A DNA stretch of 64,000 nt, taken from assembly GCA_043228905.1 (NCBI GenBank), contig JBHGNT010000015.1:6758001-6822000 (forward strand). Direction: 5' to 3'. The translations under genes and the position numbers were made by a program. Position 1 is the stretch's first letter. Each line of letters begins with the position of its first letter. Shown here in pieces: positions 12,638 through 24,400 of the stretch. Below the pieces are notes generated by a model that was given only the letters and a program-made list of their open reading frames with translations, ran no database searches and was not told where the DNA came from. Origin of the DNA: Azolla caroliniana. Its lineage: Eukaryota; Plantae; Polypodiophyta.

Positions 12638-13048
12638 TGTTGAGAATCGTGCTCAGCCACAACCGAGTTTCAAATGCCAATGGAAGATTAATAGGAAATG
12701 AATCAATGCACTTACACAATCAAACGATACAACATCGGGTGTTTACGTGGAAAACTCTAATCGGGAAAAAAACCACGTTAGCCCACAGACTCCAAACTAT
12801 ACCACTAGAAAGAGGAAGGGTACAATAAGAGACTCTCAAGCAACGAGCTTGAGCTCGAGCTCTACCTTCACCAACCAGCGGTTACAAAAGATACAAGTTC
12901 TATATATCGCTCTTTCTCTCTCTCTCTATCCGATCCGGTTTCCGAATACCTTTCGGATCTATCCAGTCCGGTTCCTTCCTTCATCTCGTTCGATCCGGCC
13001 CGTCCGGTTCTCATCCGGATCCCATCCAAAGGGACCGGTTTCCCAACA
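12638..13048 (-). mobile_element. Solo LTR (411 bp), copia group A
   Basis: It has TGTTG...CAACA ends, a perfect 5-bp TSD AAATG (12633-12637 and 13049-13053), and the group-A LTR motif. Confidence 0.9.
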
Positions 13049-13053
13049 AAATG

Positions 13054-13500
13054 ATGTGGCTGATACGATGGCCCAATTATGGTATGGATGTATTACATGA
13101 GAAGCTATGGTACAAGCCACCTTCTCATCTTGTGACATAACAACTGCCAAGTAGAGGTCGATACATGAAAGCAACAAAGTGCCACCCCAAGAGTGGACAA
13201 GCCAAGACAAGTCCGGTGACACACGAACGTGTAATTATTGTAAGAAGCCTAGACACATCAAAGCCAAATGTCGAGCCCTAAAGACAAAGAATGAAAAAGC
13301 TCAGAGATCGGAGCAAAAGGGCAGTCGAACAGAGGAAGTAAATTTCATCGTAGCAGCTTCCACTATCGTCTCTTCGGCTGAAATCTTGTTGGACTACCCA
13401 AATATTCTAGTAATCAAAAACATGGTCCAATCAGAAGTTTTGTATATGACCGAAGAAGCTACGAGTTGGCTTCTCGATTCGGGGGTTTCGCTATTTTGGA
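13054..13500 (+). mobile_element. Copia gag zinc knuckle and protease fragment
   Basis: ORF 13179-13511 contains CNYCKKPRHIKAKC and SWLLDSG. Confidence 0.75.
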
Positions 13501-14475
13501 CTCCAACCTAGTATCACGCAACAAGTTATATCAATATGATGACCTATGAATTGGTTAGGTTATAGACTACTAGTATAGTGATTAAACTTATGAGCTTATT
13601 GAGAATCTTGTGGACATCCCTATATCATGTAGAAAAATTTTATGACTATCTTGATAACGTCCTCGTTTCATTCACTAAGACTTTTGGAACTTATCTTCGA
13701 ATGAGGTTGATGTTAACATGATCATACAAAATCTCATACGCCACTTGGTTCATTTGAACCAAAAACCTCCTTATTGTATGCTTCAGATAACATGTTTCAT
13801 GGTCATGATAATGATAGTAACATATAGGATAGTAATTTTTGTAGCCTCCCATATTATAGTCAAATGGTGAACATGCATGCACGAAATATGATAGGTGGCA
13901 AGCATGTACATAACTAGGAAATAAATTTAGTAGAGAAATAAAGAAGGCGTTTCACTTAAATTAGGATGATGGAGATATGACCAATGTTGGGCAAAGTCTC
14001 TAGCCCCTGCCGGAAATTTTCGTGCTTCTTATGAACCTAACTGAAATTTAAAACTTTTAACCGGCCACTTTCCTACAAGCGATTATGTCAACCGAAACAT
14101 GTTGAAATAGAAAGAAGGAAGAAGACGACACAATAGAAAAGCCATCGCACTTGTTTCATTTGATAGTTGTAACGTTGTCAAAAACTGTATACATATAATG
14201 TAAGATGGATCTTATCCAAGACAACAACAATGTTATCTTTGCATACAGAAAACATCATTTACAGCAATTGTAAATATAATACATACTCTTAGATCACATT
14301 TAGAAACTCATCATTTGTGATTTGAATGTCATTTCAACTCTTATATAAAATTCTCAACGAGGGTAATGACATAATCACCAATTACATAATCCAAGGGTTA
14401 TCAAGGCTTTTTTCAACAACCCTAACATGAATTTCCAAAAAAAATCCCAAGAGGTGCAGTTTACGATGCATAAAT

Positions 14476-15347
14476 CTATGGCTGGTACACTAATGTATTT
14501 AATCGATTTAAGAGAGCAAGCATGTTTATCCCAACCACGACTATAACTCTAGCTACAACAGCAGTGTACGTTGTCAATCCCCAGTTTTGTTTCCTTTGTA
14601 TGTTTAGTCCTGTTCTTCTATGTTGGAACTCGGTATCACTCTAGGATTCTCCAAGAATACTTTTCTTTGCCACTCCTGGAGAGTAGTTTAAATGAAGCTT
14701 TAGAACCTAAACAAAATAGTGTTCTAAGAAACTATTGAATGACTTTATGAATAAAATAAACTTTGAATATTGCCAAAACTTGAATATGGAGTTACCTTGA
14801 CTAACAAACAAGTATATATTTTGCTTTGAACTAACCTAACATGATTAAAACCTCAAACCATTTAAATAATCAGTCTCTCTAATTTTAAGATAATTTGGGA
14901 AATAGACGGTCAATTGTGCTAGCCAAAAGGCCTGATAAATAACTAAACTAGCAATGACCATAATACCTTGGCACTTGACAATCTTGCATAAGTTATGGCA
15001 TTCATAAGATCATCATCAGTAGCTAGGATTACACGGTCACCTTCAACACCTTCATATTACATGCCAAGATCAATGTGACACAATAAATCACCTGATACCA
15101 ATTTGCAACCTACAGTTTGGAGCAAAAACAATTACCATTATATGTGGCGATTTACTAACATCAAAATCATCACCAAGTCTCTGTGCTATTGTAGAAATTA
15201 GTTTTTTCAAGCTCTCAATTCTGAAACATTCGACATTCACGTAACTTTAATTCCAAGTCACGGGCTCTGAAACCATAACCCATTTAGCATGTAAACTTTT
15301 AAATGGAAGTACCACAATTGAAACGATGAACGTTGCCCATGGTTTCC
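14476..15347 (-). pseudogene. 3' fragment of a CBS-CBS-PB1 (CBSCBSPB-family) gene: PB1 domain plus C-terminal transmembrane segment, with introns
   Basis: Exons are about 15347-15313 (MGNVHRFNC), 15220-15136 (IESLKKLISTIAQRLGDDFDVSKSPHIM), 15056-14967 (YEGVEGDRVILATDDDLMNAITYARLSSAK) and 14706-14476 (VLKLHLNYS..*..TYTAVVARVIVVVGINMLALLNR). GT donors are intact, one acceptor is mutated, and there is one premature stop. Confidence 0.8.
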
Positions 15348-15463
15348 TATTATATTTCATGCATGAAAAGAGAACTCAAGATATTTCTGAAATAATGTTG
15401 TCAAGAATAATATGCAAAGATAAGTATGTTAAGGAAAAACCAACCAACTAACACTTTTGCAAC

Positions 15464-18400
15464 TGTCATGAAGACATACATTTTGGCTTACCAGGAATCG
15501 AACCTACAACTTCTTGGTCTATGTGTCGAACCTTTAACCATTTTAATAACATATATGATGTATAATTATAATAATTATACTAGAACATTATTGAATATTT
15601 CATGATTATATTTCTTATAATATCTAAAATACTCTAGAACATTCTAGAATACTCCATAATGACCTATAAATAGGTGTCCATACATCCATCAAAACTCATT
15701 TTGTTCAAACTGTCAAGACTCATAAGTATGAGAGGGAGATACACAGAGAGAGAAAGAAAGAAAGAGAGATATATTAACGTCTTCTAAGGCCAAATTTGAC
15801 CCATGAGACAAATGGTTTACAAAAAATGGGATAAAATGGGATATTTACCCATTCATCAAAAGTAAAAGAGAGAGAGACAGAGAGAAGAGAGAAACACATA
15901 TCCATTACGAGGGATGGCCCAACTCCGATGGAAATAGAGTCAACACAATGTCGAGGGTAATTATCAGATACTGAAAAACAACGACGTCGAACACACTGTC
16001 TATGCTTATATTGTGGTGGTCTAGGACATATAGTCGTGAATTGCCCACATAAACCCAAACGTCAAGTATACCAAGTAAGTGCACATGATAACCCTACCTC
16101 GAGTTTTATTGTTACTTCTAATAACTTAAGTAACCCTAATAGTCCATGCCATGAGAATAGATTCAACATCTTGGGCCAATTAGATGATGTGTTAAATGAG
16201 TAAGTCTGGCCAAAATAGGAGCCATTTGGTTGGACCATGCTAGATATGTAGAGTCAGTTCCTAGTCACGGTTCCATTTCATCAAATCAAGTTAGTAGAGT
16301 TTTTTCTACACAAGTTGAGCTTAACACATCTACATGTCATCAAGTCCTAACATCTGCCCTCCTAGATTATGGTGCCAACTCTTGTTTCATGGATCGAGAG
16401 TTTGCATTGACACAACACATCCTCTTGAATAAGCTCTTGAACCCAGTAGTCTTAGAAGTTATCGATTGCCGCCCTATAGCATTAGGTGATATAGTCGAAG
16501 AGTCTGAGCCAATTCGTGTAGCTCTTGGTCATTTAGCAAGTATAATATCTTTCAACATTATTCATAGTCCAGAACACCCACTAGTTCTAGGTCTCCCTTG
16601 GTTTGAACTACATAACCCGAAGATTGATTGGATGAAAAGAACAATTGAGGAATCTCAGAAAAAAAGAATAGAACTTGCATCCCTTAAATATCCGCCATTA
16701 GATATTAGATCCCATATGATTTCGACCATCTCTTTACGTCAATTACATAAGGAAGGAGGGAACAAGGACATGCTCGTATTCGCAATATTACCAATTCCAT
16801 CATCCATTTTACAGAACTCGGATGTCCAACTACCAAAGAAATACAAAGAGTTCTCAAATGTCTTTGATAAGGTTGTTGAGAATCAAGCTCAACCTCACAT
16901 TGTCTGTGAACACACCCTTTGAGAGTCTATGAGCACTCAAAGGTCAAAAGTCACACCGTTAGTCTCTACACATTAACTGTGTGATACAATCATATTCTAT
17001 GACACATAACTAATTAGTTCCATATTTTCCATGACTAATGAGTTTTCATATTCCTCAAGGTTCTAGAGAGAGAGTGGACATTGTAGTGAGTTAATGAAGG
17101 TCGAGGGTGACCTTATATAAAGCACCCTCCTCCTACTTCATAGAGAGTCGGTTATGACTCCTTGTAATGCTACATTTTGTATTTGCTATTCTCCTTGTTA
17201 ATATACACCTTCTTCTTGAGTACTTGATTATTCTTTCATCTATCTATCTTGTGTTTTCTCTTCTCTCATCTCTTTCCTCTCACACATACACATAACACAC
17301 ATCTCTTCCGCTGCACAAGAATCATATCCGATTCTTTACATGGTATCTAAGCGGTTTGGTAGCTCAATCTAGCCCATTCACGTGTGTCGTGCTCTACGCG
17401 GATGTTCAAGAAGAACCGGCTCATCGTTATCGTAGTGCAACTACATAGCTCGTGTTCGAGAGAGAAGGAAGAAAAGAAGGAGATCTTCATCGACAATGAA
17501 TACTCAAATGGGTAGCGCACTCCCTAGCGAGAAGTTGGATAGAAAAACTTTGCATCTTGGGAGTACAAGATGCACCAATACCTTGTCGGCCAAGGCTATT
17601 GGAGCTACATCAAAGGAGCACAAGAAAATCGACTCGACCTGAAAGATGCTGACTACTCAACATGGGAGCAAGCGGCAAGCCGAGTGATGTATTGCTTGGC
17701 GACATGTGTTCATGACCACATGGCCGGCTACATTGGAGAAGCCAAGAAGACGAGAAGCCAAAGGAAGCATGGGAGAATCTCAAGAAGATATTCACCACCA
17801 ACATGAAGACATGAAAGCTTCAACTCTGCCAAGAGTTGAACAACATCCAACGAAGGGATATGTCCATCACAAGCTACACCTTGAAAATCTAGGAGCTTTG
17901 TGACTTGCTCGGCTCAATAAACATCAATATGGAGGATGATGAGATGGTTCAAATATGCCTAGGCGGTCTTGCACCATGGTTTGGCACGATGAGGACCGTC
18001 GTACTAGCACGGGAGAATCCTCCCTCTTTATTCGATCTTCAATCCATGTTTTTTTTTTAAGAAAACCATGTTCCAATGAGGAGCGACGCCTCAAAATGCC
18101 ACATGCTCTACACACATTCGAATGGAGGAAGATGATGCGGTCAAGCAAGAGGCCGATTCGGTCAAGGACAAGGTGGATGAGGTCTGACATACGAAAACAA
18201 CACCCAATTTCGGCAACAAGACGAAAGCCATTGAGAAACCTTCAGATGAAGGGGGAGCTTCCATTCCGGTCCAAGCCGACAAACCTCGATCAAATGTGGA
18301 TATTGCGGCAAAATCGGCCACCACGAAGCAGAGTGCCGAAAGAACAAGTGTGAGTCAACTTCCATAAGCCAACAACTCACTAATTACGCCACCAACTCCA

Positions 18401-21400
18401 ACTATGACGATCATGGCAGAATGTTCGTGATGAGACATAGAGCAAATTCTATGTCGGCTTCTACTTCGAATAGTGCCTCTAGTTCGGAAGACTTATGGTT
18501 CGTCGACTCCAGTGCCTCGAACCATATGACGTCTTATCAAGAATGGTTCCGAGAACTTCAAGAGCCAGACCAACCCAACTATGTCGAAACCGGAGACGAC
18601 ACTACTCATTTGATTCAACACATCGGTAATGTTCCATTCAGAAAAGAAGGTAACTAAACTTACATTAAGAATGTCTTGCATGTACCAACCATGACGAAGA
18701 AGAATGGCTACATTCGGCGGATGTCGATACTACGTGGCCTTCATCGACGACTTCTCCAGGCACACCTGGATCTACCCCATGTGGCAAAAGAGTGAAGTAT
18801 TCGGACACTTCCGAAAATTCAAGAGTGGAGTTGAGAAGTAAACAAGTCAACATGTACGATGTCTTCGGTCGGATGGAGGAAAGGAGTACGTCTCTGTCAA
18901 ATTTTCGGCTTTTCTTCAGAAAGAAGGAACTCAATGAGAGTTTTCGTGTCGACATATGCCACAACAAAACGGAGTAGCTGAACGAAAGAATCGGCACATC
19001 CTTGAAGTAGCATGGGCCATGCTTAATGAGAAGCACATGCCGAAGTCGTACTGGGCAAATTCCGCCAAGACAGTCGTCTACCTATCACATGTTCGGATAT
19101 TTGGCTCCATTGCATATGTGCACATCCCCGACGAGAAGGGACAAAAGCTCGACCCGAAGTCGGAGAAATGTATCCTCTTAGAATAATCACTGAGCAAAAG
19201 GGGTACAAGTGCTATAACCCCTCGACTCGGAAGGTTTGTGTGAGTTGAGATGTAGTCTTCGACGAATCGGCATCATGTTATGCACCTGAGCCAACTCCTC
19301 CCGAATCATTTCTAATCGACTCGAAATCCGCCGAACAAGAGATAGAAGATAGAGATCAACTCGAACACATGTTCGAAGAAAGTCTGATTACAACAATGCT
19401 TAGTGGGCCACAAGAGCCCCTGAGTGACCAAAGCACATCTCAGTCTAGTCCGAAAATGGACAAAGGCAAGGCAAAAATGCCGGAGTATAAAGACAATCAA
19501 TTCGACGGCAACAAATTGACTCACTCCCCCGACAATGAGTTCGGTAGCTTTGATGTACCTATCATGAGGACACCCAGTGTAAAGAAAGCCATTGCCATGG
19601 CAAACGAAACACTCCATCACTCCACCCATGAGAAGAATCGTGTTAGCCGATTTGGACACAACGATTATATGGCATAGCATTATGCCTTTATGATGAAGGT
19701 GGCGACAGTTGGAGAACCGAAAAGTTTTCAGAAGCAGCCAAGGATCCACGATGGGTCGAAGCAATGAACGAGGAGATGTGGGCACTATGCAAGAACGAGA
19801 CATGGGATCTCATTCCCCACTCACCGCACAAGAAGGCAATCAGTTGCAAATAGATTTACAAGGTTAAGTATAATGTCGATGGCTCCGGCAACCGCTACAA
19901 AGCTCGACTCGTAGCGAAAGAATACACACAAACACATGGAGTCGACTATTAAGAGGCCTTTGCCCCAATGGCAAAGATGATGATTGTGTGGACCGTAATT
20001 GCACTTGCAGCGCCGAAAGGGTGGCACCTCCATCAAATGGACGTAAAAAACACCTTTCTTCAAGACAAATTAGAAGAGGAGGTGTACATGGTACAACCAC
20101 CCGGCTTCGAATCGAGCATGCATCCGAAAGCAGTCTGCCGACTGAAGAAGCCACTCTACGGCCTTAAGCAAGAACTGCGTGCTTGGAACTCAAAGATAAC
20201 ACAATATCTTCATCAAATCGGCTTTTGAATGTTGAAATCCAATAACTCCCCCTACATACGAAACGACTCTGAAAGCCCGATTGTCATCATCCTATATGTG
20301 TATGATCTAGTCATTGGAGGTGAAAGTCTAGTTCCTCCTCTCCAACAAATTCAAGATGACAAACATGAAGGAGCTCCATTACTTCCTTGGCATCAAGGTA
20401 ATTTAGACTCCAGCCGGTATTATGATCTCCCAATGGCACTACATCCTCAACTTGTTATACAAGTTCGGGATGACTGAGTGCAAATCTGTTGCAACTCTTC
20501 TCGATCGAAATCTCAAACTTGATGCTGACTCCGGCATAGAAGAGTGTGAACCAAGTCAGTATCGACAATTGATCGGGAGCCTCATCTATCTCACAATCAC
20601 TTGACCCAACCTTAGCTACCTGATCGGTCTCCTTAACCAATTCATGCAAACTCCACGAGATATTCATTTCGATTGTGCTAAGCGAGTGTTACGATGCGTG
20701 AGTAGAACGATGGACTATGGAATTCTCTATAGATCAACCACACTAATCCAACTCGAAGGATACACATATGCCGACTGGGCCAGCTCAAGGCTGATCAATG
20801 ATCAACCTCCGAATTGTTTTTCTCCCTTGACAACGGAGCGATTTTGTGGAGTAGCAAGAAGCAACCAAATGTCGTTCTTTCGAGCATAGAGGCCGAATAC
20901 ATGGGGGTTAGCCGTGGTTGCATGTGAAGCCGTATGGCTCAAGAGGATTTTGAAGGATCTTCCCATCAAGGATCTGACTCCCCTTTACTACAACAACATG
21001 AGTAGTATTTATATAGCTCAGAATCCGGTGTTCCAGACATGCACAAAGCATATCGAAGTGCACTATCAGTTCATTCGAGAGCGCGTACATGCCGGAGATG
21101 TCGACCTTCAACACATCAACACGAATCTTCAGACAGCCGACATCTTCACCAAGGCCCTAGGAGCCGACAAGCGTCAGCATTTCATGTCAGGCCTTGGATT
21201 GACAATCCCGTACTTGCCAAGCTTGAGGGGGTGTACAAGAGAGAACTGGATACCGTCCGAACCAAGTACCAACCGAAGCGGACACCGGAGATCATCCGAA
21301 CCGGATACTAGTTGAAGCGAACATCAACCGAAAGGAGCCGACCTGAGTTGAGCTTTAGGGGGCGTGTTGGGAATCAAGCTCAACCTAACATTGTGTGTGA

Positions 21401-24400
21401 ACACACCCTTTGAGAGTCTATGAGCACTCAAAGGTCAAAAGTCACACCGTTAGTCTCTACACATTAACTGTGTGATACAATCATATTCTATGACACATAA
21501 CTAATTAGTTCCATATTTTCCATGACTAATGAGTTTTCATATTCCTCAAGGTTCTAGAGAGAGAGTGGACATTGTAGTGAGTTAATGAAGGTCGAGGGTG
21601 ACCTTATATAAAGCACCCTCCTCCTACTTCATAGAGAGTCGGTTATGACTCCTTGTAATGCTACATTTTGTATTTGCTATTCTCCTTGTTAATATACACC
21701 TTCTTCTTGAGTACTTGATTATTCTTTCATCTATCTATCTTGTGTTTTCTCTTCTCTCATCTCTTTCCTCTCACACATACACATAACACACATCTCTTCC
21801 GCTGCACAAGAATCATATCCGATTCTTTACATGGTATCTAAGCGGTTTGGTAGCTCAATCTAGCCCATTCACGTGTGTCGTGCTCTACGCGGATGTTCAA
21901 GAAGAACCGGCTCATCGTTATCGTAGTGCAACTACATAGCTCGTGTTCGAGAGAGAAGGAAGAAAAGAAGGAGATCTTCATCGACAATGAATACTCAAAT
22001 GGGTAGCGCACTCCCTAGCGAGAAGTTGGATAGAAAAACTTTGCATCTTGGGAGTACAAGATGCACCAATACCTTGTCGGCCAAGGCTATTGGAGCTACA
22101 TCAAAGGAGCACAAGAAAATCGACTCGACCTGAAAGATGCTGACTACTCAACATGGGAGCAAGCGGCAAGCCGAGTGATGTATTGCTTGGCGACATGTGT
22201 TCATGACCACATGGCCGGCTACATTGGAGAAGCCAAGAAGACGAGAAGCCAAAGGAAGCATGGGAGAATCTCAAGAAGATATTCACCACCAACATGAAGA
22301 CATGAAAGCTTCAACTCTGCCAAGAGTTGAACAACATCCAACGAAGGGATATGTCCATCACAAGCTACACCTTGAAAATCTAGGAGCTTTGTGACTTGCT
22401 CGGCTCAATAAACATCAATATGGAGGATGATGAGATGGTTCAAATATGCCTAGGCGGTCTTGCACCATGGTTTGGCACGATGAGGACCGTCGTACTAGCA
22501 CGGGAGAATCCTCCCTCTTTATTCGATCTTCAATCCATGTTTTTTTTTTAAGAAAACCATGTTCCAATGAGGAGCGACGCCTCAAAATGCCACATGCTCT
22601 ACACACATTCGAATGGAGGAAGATGATGCGGTCAAGCAAGAGGCCGATTCGGTCAAGGACAAGGTGGATGAGGTCTGACATACGAAAACAACACCCAATT
22701 TCGGCAACAAGACGAAAGCCATTGAGAAACCTTCAGATGAAGGGGGAGCTTCCATTCCGGTCCAAGCCGACAAACCTCGATCAAATGTGGATATTGCGGC
22801 AAAATCGGCCACCACGAAGCAGAGTGCCGAAAGAACAAGTGTGAGTCAACTTCCATAAGCCAACAACTCACTAATTACGCCACCAACTCCAACTATGACG
22901 ATCATGGCAGAATGTTCGTGATGAGACATAGAGCAAATTCTATGTCGGCTTCTACTTCGAATAGTGCCTCTAGTTCGGAAGACTTATGGTTCGTCGACTC
23001 CAGTGCCTCGAACCATATGACGTCTTATCAAGAATGGTTCCGAGAACTTCAAGAGCCAGACCAACCCAACTATGTCGAAACCGGAGACGACACTACTCAT
23101 TTGATTCAACACATCGGTAATGTTCCATTCAGAAAAGAAGGTAACTAAACTTACATTAAGAATGTCTTGCATGTACCAACCATGACGAAGAAGAATGGCT
23201 ACATTCGGCGGATGTCGATACTACGTGGCCTTCATCGACGACTTCTCCAGGCACACCTGGATCTACCCCATGTGGCAAAAGAGTGAAGTATTCGGACACT
23301 TCCGAAAATTCAAGAGTGGAGTTGAGAAGTAAACAAGTCAACATGTACGATGTCTTCGGTCGGATGGAGGAAAGGAGTACGTCTCTGTCAAATTTTCGGC
23401 TTTTCTTCAGAAAGAAGGAACTCAATGAGAGTTTTCGTGTCGACATATGCCACAACAAAACGGAGTAGCTGAACGAAAGAATCGGCACATCCTTGAAGTA
23501 GCATGGGCCATGCTTAATGAGAAGCACATGCCGAAGTCGTACTGGGCAAATTCCGCCAAGACAGTCGTCTACCTATCACATGTTCGGATATTTGGCTCCA
23601 TTGCATATGTGCACATCCCCGACGAGAAGGGACAAAAGCTCGACCCGAAGTCGGAGAAATGTATCCTCTTAGAATAATCACTGAGCAAAAGGGGTACAAG
23701 TGCTATAACCCCTCGACTCGGAAGGTTTGTGTGAGTTGAGATGTAGTCTTCGACGAATCGGCATCATGTTATGCACCTGAGCCAACTCCTCCCGAATCAT
23801 TTCTAATCGACTCGAAATCCGCCGAACAAGAGATAGAAGATAGAGATCAACTCGAACACATGTTCGAAGAAAGTCTGATTACAACAATGCTTAGTGGGCC
23901 ACAAGAGCCCCTGAGTGACCAAAGCACATCTCAGTCTAGTCCGAAAATGGACAAAGGCAAGGCAAAAATGCCGGAGTATAAAGACAATCAATTCGACGGC
24001 AACAAATTGACTCACTCCCCCGACAATGAGTTCGGTAGCTTTGATGTACCTATCATGAGGACACCCAGTGTAAAGAAAGCCATTGCCATGGCAAACGAAA
24101 CACTCCATCACTCCACCCATGAGAAGAATCGTGTTAGCCGATTTGGACACAACGATTATATGGCATAGCATTATGCCTTTATGATGAAGGTGGCGACAGT
24201 TGGAGAACCGAAAAGTTTTCAGAAGCAGCCAAGGATCCACGATGGGTCGAAGCAATGAACGAGGAGATGTGGGCACTATGCAAGAACGAGACATGGGATC
24301 TCATTCCCCACTCACCGCACAAGAAGGCAATCAGTTGCAAATAGATTTACAAGGTTAAGTATAATGTCGATGGCTCCGGCAACCGCTACAAAGCTCGACT

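Noticed and set aside
15485-15545. Functional tRNA gene
   Set aside because: The acceptor and anticodon stems do not pair; only A-box/B-box-like motifs remain. It is reported as a tRNA-like module instead.
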